Under the pieces are notes generated by a model that was given only the letters and a program-made list of their open reading frames with translations, had not been told where the DNA came from and searched no databases. Shown piece by piece: positions 11,474-21,180 of a DNA stretch of 64,000 nt. How positions within the stretch are numbered: position 1 is the first letter of the stretch; each line of letters starts with the position of its first letter. Origin of the DNA: Gemmatimonadota bacterium (lineage in GTDB: Bacteria; Gemmatimonadota; Gemmatimonadetes; Gemmatimonadales; Gemmatimonadaceae); assembly GCA_040389905.1 (NCBI GenBank), contig JAZJZK010000006.1:1-64000 (forward strand), given 5' to 3'. The translations under genes and the position numbers were made by a program.

Positions 11474-11976
11474 GGTTTTGATTTCTGGGCGTATGTGACT
11501 GAGCTGACAAAAATGACGCCGGCAGAATGGCCGATGCCGAATCGGCCTGACGCTTCCGTGCCGCTATAGCGCCGAATTGAATAGATCTCCGAGGCCCGCA
11601 TCGTCTTGAGCTCGTCGGTGCCGCCGATTCGCGTGCCATCGAAATACACCTGGATGCCACCCGCGGCGCCGGGCGCGCTCTTTCCTGCGGCGTTGTAGTC
11701 GGCGACGTACGCGGCCTTCACTGTTGTATCCTTGGAATCACGCGCAGACGCGCGATCCACGGGTTTCGGGATTCGTTCGACGAGCCAGTTGCTGTGGAGT
11801 GATTCGACGGCGTCGTATGCGTTCTGCACCTTGGAATCCGCGATCTGCGCTCGGGTAATCAAGTCGGCAGATGGGCGCTCGACTTTCAGACTGTCCTGGG
11901 CGATTGCGCGCTCGCCGCCGCCAACGAAGGCGATTAGGGCAAGGGCGGCGACCATTCCGCGAACGAGTACGTTCAT
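11470..11976 (-). CDS. secreted stand-alone TonB-receptor plug-like protein
   Basis: signal peptide; ITRAQI..NAYDAV, VYFDG, GRFGIGHSAGVIFV resemble a plug domain; no barrel; AGGAG RBS. Confidence 0.6.
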   Translation of the reverse strand: MNVLVRGMVAALALIAFVGGGERAIAQDSLKVERPSADLITRAQIADSKVQNAYDAVESLHSNWLVERIPKPVDRASARDSKDTTVKAAYVADYNAAGKSAPGAAGGIQVYFDGTRIGGTDELKTMRASEIYSIRRYSGTEASGRFGIGHSAGVIFVSSVTYAQKSKP

Positions 11977-12172
11977 AGACTCTCCTGGAGGGGGTCTGCG
12001 CCGGGCCCAGCGTTCTGGCTCGCAGACGGTTTTAGCTTACGGTGTCCGCTCGCCGTCAGCAACAGAGACGGAAAAGTGCACTCTCGAATCTTGCTGCACC
12101 GGATGTCCGTAGAACACGGGTAGCTGCTTGACGACTCGCAGGCCGGCACGGATAATCGAGAGACTCTACCCC

Positions 12173-12850
12173 ATGAGCACAGTGACGTTTCCCGAACGCC
12201 CGCTCGCCCCTGCGTACGCGCCGGCCCCATCCGTAGACGACCGAGAACGCGTCGTTCAGGCGCTGTGCGCTCACTTCGCCGCGGATCAGCTCACGATGGA
12301 CAGCCTCGACGCGCGGTTGTCGGCTGTTTACGGGGCGCAGACGATCGCACAACTGGAGGAGCTCGTCGGGGACCTTCCCGTGCTCCCGAACGACAAGATG
12401 AACGTCGGACGGGCTGTGCTTGCCCCATCGGAGCTTGTTCCCGCGCGCGGCGTCGTCATGGCGTTCATGGGTGGCGTATCGCGTACCGGCAATTGGCTGG
12501 TGCCCCGACAGCTCAAGGCGGTCGCGGTCATGGGCGGCGCCGAGATCGACCTGCGCGATGCTCGATTCGCTCCGGGCGTGACCGAGATCGAAGTGTTCGC
12601 GCTCATGGGTGGAGTGGAGATCACTGTGCCGCGAGGGGTGCGCGTGGAGCTGCTCGGTGGGGCGGTGATGGGCGGCTTTGCCTCCGCCGCCGGCGAGGAT
12701 CCGGAGCTCGACAGCTCGTCGCCGGTGCTGCGCGTCTCGGGGTTTGCGTTGATGGGCGGAGTCGACGTCCGCGTCAAGAAGCCGAGCAAGAAGGTCATGG
12801 CGCGCTTCGAGCGCGCGGTGCAGGCGGCTCAGCGACTCGGTCGGGGCTAG
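12173..12850 (+). CDS. DUF1707 + LiaF-like (DUF2154) domain protein
   Basis: DRERVVQALCAHFAADQLT..LDARL (DUF1707); MGGAEIDLRDA, MGGVEITVP beta repeats. Confidence 0.8.
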   Translation: MSTVTFPERPLAPAYAPAPSVDDRERVVQALCAHFAADQLTMDSLDARLSAVYGAQTIAQLEELVGDLPVLPNDKMNVGRAVLAPSELVPARGVVMAFMGGVSRTGNWLVPRQLKAVAVMGGAEIDLRDARFAPGVTEIEVFALMGGVEITVPRGVRVELLGGAVMGGFASAAGEDPELDSSSPVLRVSGFALMGGVDVRVKKPSKKVMARFERAVQAAQRLGRG

Positions 12851-12892
12851 GCGGTTCTTGCCCGCATGCAGTTTTGCATGCAAACTGTGCCG

Positions 12893-13972
12893 ATGCGCAA
12901 TCGCTTGCTTGTCCCGGCCCTCTTCTTAATCGTCTCGCGGGGCGTTGCCGGTCAAGTCCCGGACACCAATGCGATTTCGAGAACCACAGGGACACTGGGT
13001 GGCATCGTTCGCGACACCCTTGGCACGGTGCTTCGCGACGCTGAGGTCGGCGTGCCGGACGTCGGCCGGTGGACACGCACCGATTCCGAGGGACGTTTTG
13101 TGCTCGGTGACGTCCCGCCCGGGAATCGCGAGGTGTGGGTGCGCAAGGTCGGCTATATCGTCGTCCAGTTTCAATGGCCTGCTGCCGCGAACACTCGGCT
13201 GAATGTCGCGGTGACCATGCGCCCCCTGCCACATACACTCGACCCCGTTGTTGTGTGGGCGAGCGAGGAGAAGACGATGAAGTCGCGGTCGATCGTGCGC
13301 GGCTTCGTGGTGGACTCCGCTGGCGATCCGGTCGAAGGCGCAGAAGTGTCGCTGCTCGGATCGGGTCGGGCGACCACGACACTTGCGAATGGCTCGTTCA
13401 CCTTTCGCCACGTGAGCGACGGTCCGAGAACGCTGCAAGCCCGCCTGATGGGATACTCACCGAGCATCGCACGCTTCGATCTTCTGGCTGATGACGAGCG
13501 AGTCGTCTATCTCAAGATGAATCAGCTCCCGCACACACTCGACGAAGTCCGCGTCACGGCCGAGAGCGGCTACGGTCCGCTGTCGTTTGTGGAGAAGGAC
13601 TTTGACGCGCGCATTCGTTGGCGTCCGCAACAGGGTTCTACGGTGTTCATGGGCCCCGTACAAATGCAAAACCTGCGCGGCATACCACTGGACATGGCGA
13701 TGCGTGGTGTGTTCAAGGGCTTTACCCGCGATGCACCTGGTCAGCGATCCACAGCAATCCCCGGCGAATGTATTCTCGAGGATGGCCTCAGGCGCTCCAA
13801 CCGAAATGGCCTGCGCTCGTACTCGGCAGAAGAGGTGGAAATGCTCGAGTACTATCCGCCAAACACCGAATGGACGGGCACGATCGCCCTTCGATTTTCA
13901 GGGACGGCGTGCGATGGCGCCCCGGGTCACCACCCGGCGTATTACGTGCTCTGGTTGAAGGGGAAAAAGTAG
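12893..13972 (+). CDS. secreted protein with two CarboxypepD_reg-like domains and a degenerate plug-like C-terminus
   Basis: repeated GIVRD/GFVVD..VEGAEV..G.F..RxxGY..LDxVxV units; EVEMLEYY tail. Confidence 0.65.
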   Translation: MRNRLLVPALFLIVSRGVAGQVPDTNAISRTTGTLGGIVRDTLGTVLRDAEVGVPDVGRWTRTDSEGRFVLGDVPPGNREVWVRKVGYIVVQFQWPAAANTRLNVAVTMRPLPHTLDPVVVWASEEKTMKSRSIVRGFVVDSAGDPVEGAEVSLLGSGRATTTLANGSFTFRHVSDGPRTLQARLMGYSPSIARFDLLADDERVVYLKMNQLPHTLDEVRVTAESGYGPLSFVEKDFDARIRWRPQQGSTVFMGPVQMQNLRGIPLDMAMRGVFKGFTRDAPGQRSTAIPGECILEDGLRRSNRNGLRSYSAEEVEMLEYYPPNTEWTGTIALRFSGTACDGAPGHHPAYYVLWLKGKK

Positions 13973-13977
13973 CGGCG

Positions 13978-14937
13978 TCAATTCCAGGTGAGAGAGCGCA
14001 GCTGATCGAGGTTGACGTTACCGCCAGACAGTACCGCCGCAACGCGTGACCCAGCCGGCACCTTCACGAGACCATGCATGAGCGCCGCAACCGGCGCGGC
14101 GGCCGCGCCTTCGATGACGAGCTTGCAGCGCTCCATCGTCCAAAGCATCGCGTCGAAGATGTCTCGGTCGGGGAGCGCCACGATCTCGTCGACAAAACGT
14201 TGCACGACCGAAAAGTTTATCTCGCCGGCGCGACGGACGCGAAGTCCGTCGATCACCGTGCGGCAGTCAATGGTTTGAAGCGATCCGGCTTCAACGCTCG
14301 CCTTCATCGCAGGACCGTCGGATGACTCGACGCCGATCACGCGGATCTTCGGATTGTGCGACTTCACGGCCATCGACACACCGGCGATGAGCCCGCCGCC
14401 ACCAATCGGCACCACGACGGCATCGACGTCGGGCCAATCCTGAATGATCTCGAGGCCGAGCGTGCCCTGGCCCGCGATGAGCTGCTCATCGTCGAAGGGA
14501 TGGACATACGTGAGCCCTTCGTCGCGAACGAGCTCCTTGGCTTTCTCGTTCGCTTCGTCCCAGATGGTTCCGTGCAGCACCACTTCTGCCCCGTACCCCT
14601 TCGTCGCCGCGATCTTAGCGGGAGTCGCGTTGGTGGCCATGCACACCACGGCGCGAATGCCGTAGATGCGCGCCGCGAGCGCCACACCTTGCGCATGGTT
14701 CCCCGCAGACGAGCAGACCACGCCACGCGCCTTCTGCTCCTCCGGCATCTGCGCGAACTTGTTCAACGGCCCGCGAATCTTGTACGAACCGACGGTCTGG
14801 AAATTCTCCGCCTTGAGGCGCACATCGTAGCCTGTGAGCTCACTCAGCTGCCTCGACGACAGCAGCGGCGTGTGCTTGATGTACGGCGCGATGCGCGCGC
14901 GGGCCTCTTCGAAGTCGCGCAGGGTGAGCGTCAGCAT
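13978..14937 (-). CDS. PLP-dependent threonine/serine dehydratase, short form without ACT domain
   Basis: LKAENFQTVGSYKIRG, SAGNHAQG, PIGGGGL, LSGGN. Confidence 0.93.
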   Translation of the reverse strand: MLTLTLRDFEEARARIAPYIKHTPLLSSRQLSELTGYDVRLKAENFQTVGSYKIRGPLNKFAQMPEEQKARGVVCSSAGNHAQGVALAARIYGIRAVVCMATNATPAKIAATKGYGAEVVLHGTIWDEANEKAKELVRDEGLTYVHPFDDEQLIAGQGTLGLEIIQDWPDVDAVVVPIGGGGLIAGVSMAVKSHNPKIRVIGVESSDGPAMKASVEAGSLQTIDCRTVIDGLRVRRAGEINFSVVQRFVDEIVALPDRDIFDAMLWTMERCKLVIEGAAAAPVAALMHGLVKVPAGSRVAAVLSGGNVNLDQLRSLTWN

Positions 14938-15042
14938 GAATGTCAGGGAAGGGAGATCGTCAGACGTATCCGGGCAGGTCGAAGATCTCCTGCCTACCGG
15001 CCAGTGGGAAGGCATCGGGGTTGAACTGCTTTGCCGTTGGGT

Positions 15043-15795
15043 TCAGCTGTAGAACCAGGTCAGCGCTGCATCGCTCACGGCCGACGGCACTTCGTGGCCG
15101 CCCGCGAAAGGGAAAAAGGTCGCATCGTAGCCCAGCAATCCGAGGCGGCCCATGATGACATCGCGGCTCGTCTCGAACGAGAGCACCGGATCGTTCGTCC
15201 CATGCGACACGAACACGCGCGGCTTGCCGTACAGCTTGTCTGCCTCTGCGAGGAAGCCCGCCGAGTAGATCGCGAGGTGGGAAAAGAGATCACCATTCGG
15301 GAGGCCGAGGGCGAGCGCGTACGTGGCGCCGTCCGAGAAGCCGCCGAGGCAGATCCGCCGCGGATCGATGCGGCAGCGCGCGAAGGTATGCGCGAGCGCC
15401 CGGTCGATGAACTCGAGGTCCGGCCCGACACTCTTGTCTCGCAGGAGATCCCACGTGCTTTCCCGGGAGCTCGGCGCCATGAAGATCATTTTCCTGGCCT
15501 CGGCACGGGCGTAATAGCTCGGCCAGTTGGAGCTCGATCCTCCCGCACCGTGCAACGCGACGAAAAGCCCAGCGGGTACCGAGGCGTCATACGATTCCGG
15601 CACGTAGAGAACTCCGTCGCGATCACCGCCGAGACCAAGTTGAGTCAAGCCGCGCGTGGGCGTGATGCTCGGGGTGCCGGGCCGCGACATCAGCCGCGCG
15701 ACCGTGTTGGGTTCGGTCGCACCGCATCCGAGCAGCATGTTTCCCGCGGCGGCGCCAAGTCCCACGCGCACGAAGTCGCGCCGGGACCATGTCAT
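15043..15795 (-). CDS. phospholipase/carboxylesterase, Tat lipoprotein
   Basis: SRRDFV Tat motif plus LLGC lipobox; LHGAGG, GFSDG, HGTND, GGHEV triad motifs. Confidence 0.85.
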   Translation of the reverse strand: MTWSRRDFVRVGLGAAAGNMLLGCGATEPNTVARLMSRPGTPSITPTRGLTQLGLGGDRDGVLYVPESYDASVPAGLFVALHGAGGSSSNWPSYYARAEARKMIFMAPSSRESTWDLLRDKSVGPDLEFIDRALAHTFARCRIDPRRICLGGFSDGATYALALGLPNGDLFSHLAIYSAGFLAEADKLYGKPRVFVSHGTNDPVLSFETSRDVIMGRLGLLGYDATFFPFAGGHEVPSAVSDAALTWFYS

Positions 15796-15931
15796 GCGCA
15801 GTACCAGTCGGTGTGTGCCAACAGTTTCCTTCTCATCCGCGTTTCCTCGAAAGTGGCGCGCCCGAGCCTGACTGATTCGACCCGTAATGTCGCTCCCGCG
15901 TCATCCTCGCGCGAAGGCCCTTTGCAAATCA

Positions 15932-15960
15932 TTGACACTCTCGGCGAGCGACCGTAGAGT
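15932..15960 (+). promoter_or_regulatory. sigma70-like promoter TTGACA-N17-TAGAGT for tldD1 operon
   Basis: perfect -35, 17-nt spacer, TAnnnT -10; GGAG RBS before ATG 15991. Confidence 0.7.
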
Positions 15961-15990
15961 CTCGATACCCAACCCACAATCGCCGGAGCC

Positions 15991-17595
15991 ATGTCCACTT
16001 CACGCCGCGACTTCCTACGAACCGGCGCCGCCGCTGCCGCAGCCACAATTGCCGGTCCGCGACTGCTCTCCGCATCATCCGCACTCGAGACCGCCCCATT
16101 TCTCACTGCTCCGCGCGCCGAAGCGTATGCCGAGGAGCTGGCCGCGGAGGCGCTCAACGCCGCCAAGGACGCGGGCGCGTCGTACGCAGACGTCCGCATC
16201 GGCCGCTATCGCCGCCAATCGGTGAACACGCGGGAACGCCGAATCACCGGCGTTGCCGATTCCGAGTCGTACGGCATTGGCATTCGTACGCTCGTGAACG
16301 GTTCGTGGGGCTTCGCCGCGACGAGCAACATGACGAAGGAGGGCGTCGTGAAGACGGCCCGCGAAGCGGCTCGCATTGCTCGCGCAGCGAAACTCATGCA
16401 GAAGCGGCCAGTCGAACTGGCGCCGACGCCGGTGGTGAAGGGCACGTGGATGACCCCCGTGACGCGCGATCCGCTCGAAGTGCCGATCGAGGAGAAGGTC
16501 GCGCTGCTGTTCGCCGCAAATGAAGCGGCGCTCAAGGTGCCGGGCGTGCGCTTCGTGACATCGGGACTTCAGTTGCTTCGCGAGATCAAGATGTATGCGA
16601 ACTCCGAAGGCACGGAGACCACGCAGACGTTCGTTCGCGTTGGCCCGTCGTTCTCCGCAACGGCCGTGGGCACCGGTGGCTTTCAGCAGTACACCGAGGA
16701 ACTCGCGCCAAGAGGACAGGGGTGGGAATACGTCACGTCGCTCGACATGCCGGGGAACGCGGCGAAGTGGGCGGCCCTCGCCGTGGAAAAGGTGGGAGCA
16801 AAATCCGTCGAGCCGGGCCGCTACGACCTGATTCTCGATCCCACGAATCTGTGGCTGACGATTCACGAATCGATCGGACATCCCACCGAGCTGGATCGCG
16901 CGATGGGTTACGAGGCGAACTATGCGGGAACGAGCTTTGTGGCGCCGCCGGAGAAGCAGATTGGAAAACTCAAGTACGGTACGGAACTGATGACGATTCA
17001 GGGCGACCGCACGCAGGAAGGGTCGCTGGCGCGCGTCGCGTGGGACGATGAAGGTGTTGCCGCCGACAAATGGAACATCATCGAGAAGGGAAAGTTCAAG
17101 GACTATCAGACGACGCGCGAGCAAGCGGCGTGGATCGCCAAGCTCACGGGCGTCAGGAAGTCACACGGATGCTCGTTCGCTGATTCATGGGAGACGGTGC
17201 AGTTCCAGCGCATGCCGAACGTGTCGCTGCTTCCCGGGACGCGCGACATCGGTCTCGACGACATCGTCGCCGGCACGGATCGCGGCATCGTCGTGAAGAA
17301 TCGCGGCTCGTGGTCGATCGATCACCAGCGGTACAACTTCCAGTTCTCAGGCCAGGTCTTCTACGAAGTGAAGGGAGGCAAGATCACGGGCATGTTGAAG
17401 GATGTGGCGTATCAGGCGAACACACCGGTGTTCTGGAATTCGATGGACATGATCGGCGGGCAGAAGTCCTACTGGCTCGGCGGCTCGTTCGGCGACGGCA
17501 AGGGTGAACCCTCGCAGTCGAACTCGGTGAGCCATGGCTGTCCGCCGGCGCGCTTCCGGGGCGTCAACATCGTGAGCACCGGGAGGGGCGAATAA
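15991..17595 (+). CDS. tldD: TldD-family metalloprotease subunit with Tat signal (copy 1)
   Basis: SRRDFLR Tat motif; GASYADVR, HESIGH, QRMPNVSL. Confidence 0.92.
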   Translation: MSTSRRDFLRTGAAAAAATIAGPRLLSASSALETAPFLTAPRAEAYAEELAAEALNAAKDAGASYADVRIGRYRRQSVNTRERRITGVADSESYGIGIRTLVNGSWGFAATSNMTKEGVVKTAREAARIARAAKLMQKRPVELAPTPVVKGTWMTPVTRDPLEVPIEEKVALLFAANEAALKVPGVRFVTSGLQLLREIKMYANSEGTETTQTFVRVGPSFSATAVGTGGFQQYTEELAPRGQGWEYVTSLDMPGNAAKWAALAVEKVGAKSVEPGRYDLILDPTNLWLTIHESIGHPTELDRAMGYEANYAGTSFVAPPEKQIGKLKYGTELMTIQGDRTQEGSLARVAWDDEGVAADKWNIIEKGKFKDYQTTREQAAWIAKLTGVRKSHGCSFADSWETVQFQRMPNVSLLPGTRDIGLDDIVAGTDRGIVVKNRGSWSIDHQRYNFQFSGQVFYEVKGGKITGMLKDVAYQANTPVFWNSMDMIGGQKSYWLGGSFGDGKGEPSQSNSVSHGCPPARFRGVNIVSTGRGE

Positions 17596-19013
17596 TGACC
17601 AAGTCCCTTTTCGCGACAGACGCCGATTTCCTGTCGCGAGAGCAGGCGCAGGCGCTCGCGCAGCGCGTGCTCGGCTTCGCGAAAGCCGATGAAACGCGCG
17701 TCAATATCCAGAGCGGCTGGACTGGCAACACGCGCTTCGCCGGCAACGAGATCACCACGAGCGGTGGAACGACCAACACTACCGTCACGGTCACGTCGAC
17801 CATCGGCAAGCGCCATGCGTCGTCATCGACGAACATCCTTACCGATGAGAGTCTGCGCCGCACGGTGGACCTCGCCGAGCGTCTCGCGAAGCTCAGCCCG
17901 GAAGATCCGGAATCGATGCCAGAGCTCGGATCGCAGAGCTACACGCCGGTCAGTTCGTACTTCGAGAAGACCGCGGACCTCACCCCGGAGATCCGGGCAA
18001 GCGCAGCGAAAAAGACCATCGAGACGGCGGAGCAGGCGGCGAGTAGCATGAAGAACATGTTCGTCGCGGGATTCTTGCGTGCGAACGCGGGAGCAAACGC
18101 CGTGGCAACAAGCAAGGGACTTTTCGCGTACCATCGCAACAGCGACGCCGACCTCTCGACGACGGTGCGCACGGCAGACGCAACGGGCTCTGGCTGGGCG
18201 AGTGCCGGAGCGCGTGACTGGAGCTTGATCGATCCCGCGGCGCTCGGTCGCGCCGCCGCGAAGAAGGCGGTGGCGAGCCACGCGCCGAAGGCCATCGAGC
18301 CGGGTCTGTATACGGTCGTCCTCGAGCCGCAGGCGGTGTCCGACATCATCCCGCAGCTGATCGGCTCATTCAATGCGCGCGCAAACGACGAAGGCCGCGG
18401 CACGTTCAGCAAGACCGGCGGCGGCACGAAGCTCGGCGAGAAGATCGCCGACGAGCGGGTGACGATCTATTCCGACCCAACGGATCCTGACCTCCTTACG
18501 CAGCCGTTCGACCAGTCCGGCTTTCCGCTCAAGCGTGTCGTCTATATCGAGAAGGGAATTCTCAAGAGCTTTTCCTACGACCGCTACTGGGCGCAACAGA
18601 AAGGGGTCGAGCCGACTACAGGTGGCGGTGGAGGCTTTGGTGGCGGTGGCGGAGGCGGGGGAGGCGGTGGCGGTGGCGGCGGTGGTGGCCTCAAGTTCGT
18701 GGGTGGCACCAAGACGACGGAGGAGTTGATCGCGGGCACTGAGCGCGGCATCCTCGTCACGCACTTTTTCTACATTCGATTCCTCGACCAACGAACCGTC
18801 CTGCTCACCGGCCTCACGCGCGACGGAACGTTCCTCATCGAAAAGGGCAAGGTTACGCGGGCCCTCAAGAATTTCCGCTGGAACGAGAGCCCGCTCTTCA
18901 TGCTCAGCAAGATCGAGGAAATCGGACGTGCGGAGCGGACGGCGGCAGGCCAGGTCATGCCCGCACTTCGGGTCAAGGACTTCAACTTTACGTCCCTGTC
19001 CGATGCCGTGTAG
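17595..19013 (+). CDS. pmbA: TldE/PmbA-family subunit (copy 1), no signal peptide
   Basis: TRFAGNEIT, EPGLYTVVLEP, TGLTRDGTFLIEKG, NFRWNESP; no HExxxH; TAATG coupling to tldD. Confidence 0.88.
   Translation: MTKSLFATDADFLSREQAQALAQRVLGFAKADETRVNIQSGWTGNTRFAGNEITTSGGTTNTTVTVTSTIGKRHASSSTNILTDESLRRTVDLAERLAKLSPEDPESMPELGSQSYTPVSSYFEKTADLTPEIRASAAKKTIETAEQAASSMKNMFVAGFLRANAGANAVATSKGLFAYHRNSDADLSTTVRTADATGSGWASAGARDWSLIDPAALGRAAAKKAVASHAPKAIEPGLYTVVLEPQAVSDIIPQLIGSFNARANDEGRGTFSKTGGGTKLGEKIADERVTIYSDPTDPDLLTQPFDQSGFPLKRVVYIEKGILKSFSYDRYWAQQKGVEPTTGGGGGFGGGGGGGGGGGGGGGGGLKFVGGTKTTEELIAGTERGILVTHFFYIRFLDQRTVLLTGLTRDGTFLIEKGKVTRALKNFRWNESPLFMLSKIEEIGRAERTAAGQVMPALRVKDFNFTSLSDAV
18621..18689 (+). 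repeat. GGN repeat tract encoding G5-F-G17
   Basis: direct reading of the sequence. Confidence 0.95.
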
Positions 19014-20180
19014 ATGAGCGAACAGGGACTGCCCGCAGGCTCGCCAGGGCCGCGCGTGCTGTACCTGAACGATCTCTTGGGAACCGATAAGTTCGGATCG
19101 CTGGAAGAAGAGATATTCGAGATTACCCGAGCAGTCCGTGCACGCCGCGGGACGATGATTCCTGTTTTCCGTGGCGTGCCGGACCAGCCGTTGCGTGCTC
19201 GCTACGACGCCGCCGGCCTGCAGGTCGAGGGTATCGACCTGCGTCACCTCAAGTTGTCGTCCGCATTCCGCCTGGTCGCGCTCGTCTATCGGCAACGTAT
19301 CCAGTTCGTGCACTGGCACTTCTACAGTGCCGGAAACGCACATGTATGGGTGCTCAGCATTCTGGCGCCATGGCTGAGGCATTTTCGCACGGACCACATG
19401 TCGCGCGCGTTTCCGCTGTACCCGACGCTCACTGGCCTGCGGCGGTTCTTGAAGCGCGCACTCTTTCGCCGATACGAGAAGGTCCTGTGCATTAGCGACT
19501 TCGTCATGTCCTGCGCCCGCCGCGAAGACCTCTGGCAGTCGCTCGCGCGCGTCACGTATTTCATCAACGTCGAGCGTTTCGCGCCTGCGCCAGACGTGCG
19601 GCGCGAAATCCGCTCGCGTTCCCTCGCTGAAGGCACGTTCGTATTGCTCTTCGTGGGTCACCTTACGAAGTACAAAGGCTGCGACCTCGCAATCCGTGCG
19701 CTCGCGAATCTTCCCGAGACTGAGGTGCTGTGGATCGTCGGTGACGGGCCGGAGCGGGGGCATCTCGAGGCGCTCGCTGGCGAACTTGGCGTCGCGGAAC
19801 GGACACAATTCCTCGGCCAACTGCAGGATGTCGCCCCGTACATGCAAGCGGCGGATTGTCTCGTCGTTCCGTCCATCTGGGGTGAAGGTGCGGGTTTCGT
19901 AAACCTGGAGGCGCAAGCGTGCGGGCTGCCGGTAGTCGCAAGTTGTATCGGTGGGATACCGGAGTTCGTCGAGGATGGAGAGACGGGCCTCTTATTCACC
20001 GCGGGAGACCATGCGGGCCTCACCGGCTGCATCCGTCGTCTCCACGATGATCCCGAGTTACTCGCGCGGTTGGGCAGACAGGCCCGACGGCGAGCAGTTG
20101 AACAGTTCTCGACCGAACGGAGGATTGGCGAACATGTCGACATCTATAGCGACCGGGCCGGTATCGGCGACGAGCGTTGA
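19014..20180 (+). CDS. glycosyltransferase family 4 (GT-B)
   Basis: FVGHLTKYKG, VGDGPER, EGAGFVNLEAQACGLPVV (EX7E), GGIPE. Confidence 0.9.
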   Translation: MSEQGLPAGSPGPRVLYLNDLLGTDKFGSLEEEIFEITRAVRARRGTMIPVFRGVPDQPLRARYDAAGLQVEGIDLRHLKLSSAFRLVALVYRQRIQFVHWHFYSAGNAHVWVLSILAPWLRHFRTDHMSRAFPLYPTLTGLRRFLKRALFRRYEKVLCISDFVMSCARREDLWQSLARVTYFINVERFAPAPDVRREIRSRSLAEGTFVLLFVGHLTKYKGCDLAIRALANLPETEVLWIVGDGPERGHLEALAGELGVAERTQFLGQLQDVAPYMQAADCLVVPSIWGEGAGFVNLEAQACGLPVVASCIGGIPEFVEDGETGLLFTAGDHAGLTGCIRRLHDDPELLARLGRQARRRAVEQFSTERRIGEHVDIYSDRAGIGDER

Positions 20181-21063
20181 TTCGCTGTACGACGCGCTCG
20201 ACACGGATGGTATCGTCATCGTCCCGGACGCGATTCCCAGCGAGCAGCTGACCGCGATGCAGCATGCGTTCGACTCGAGGCTCAAGCGGCTGCGGTGGAA
20301 TACCGTCGATGGCTACTTCCAGACGGAGAAATTCCGCCACATGGTCGGCGACGTGCTCACGCTCGACCAGGGGTTTCTCGACGTTGCGCTGCATCCGACG
20401 ATCGTCGCCATCCTCGATCGCTACCTCGAAGCCGGGTATGAGCTGACGGAAGCGAAGGGCTGGAAATCACTGCCGACGCGAAAGGAGTTTCACGGATGGC
20501 ATGGCGATGCGTGGTACGACCAGGCCACGGCGGCGCAGATCCATCGCGAAGTCAAGCTTGCGCTCTACCTGACGGATGTGACGAGCGGCTTCTTCGAATA
20601 CTACAAAGGGTCGCATCGGCAGCAGCACCCTCGCAGCGTGGATGCAAAGGAGATGGTCGGTGTGCCCGACTCGAAGATCGCGAAAATGGCGGGAAAGGCA
20701 GGCACCGTCTTTCTCTTCGATACATCAGGCATTCACCGTCAGAGCGTGCCCATTCTGGAAGATCGCAAGGCCTGCTTCTACAACTACCATCATCCGGCGG
20801 TACGCATCCAGATGGAGGATGTGCAGGCGTATCGATACCATCCGCTCATTCTCAACGCGTCATTCCTGGGTGGTCTTTCTCCAAAACAGCAGGGCATGCT
20901 CGGTTTTGGAAACAAGACGAACTTCATTCCGGCGTACGCCACGGAAGACGCACACCCCCGGCTCCACGATAGCTTCTCGGCGATCTACTCGACGCAGCTG
21001 AAGTTCTACTATGCAACGCGGAAGATTCGCTGGCGCTTGGCGCGACTCACAGGCGGGAAGTAG
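20134..21063 (+). CDS. PhyH-family Fe(II)/2-oxoglutarate dioxygenase
   Basis: WHGD (HxD), GSH, GKAGTVFLFD..IHR; GGAGG RBS before ATG 20134. Confidence 0.8.
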   Translation: MSTSIATGPVSATSVDSLYDALDTDGIVIVPDAIPSEQLTAMQHAFDSRLKRLRWNTVDGYFQTEKFRHMVGDVLTLDQGFLDVALHPTIVAILDRYLEAGYELTEAKGWKSLPTRKEFHGWHGDAWYDQATAAQIHREVKLALYLTDVTSGFFEYYKGSHRQQHPRSVDAKEMVGVPDSKIAKMAGKAGTVFLFDTSGIHRQSVPILEDRKACFYNYHHPAVRIQMEDVQAYRYHPLILNASFLGGLSPKQQGMLGFGNKTNFIPAYATEDAHPRLHDSFSAIYSTQLKFYYATRKIRWRLARLTGGK

Positions 21064-21180
21064 CCACGCCCACGATTCTCGCAACGCCGACACCCTGACC
21101 ACTCAACGATTCGCTTTACGAGGCGACCACGCAGCGAGTGTGAATGTCAGGGTGCGACAGCGCGTACCGACCTCGAAAAA

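Noticed and set aside
12864..12887. Near-palindrome CAGTTTTGCATGCAAACTG with doubled GCATGC
   Set aside because: Single occurrence, no linked regulator and no GG for a sigma54 call
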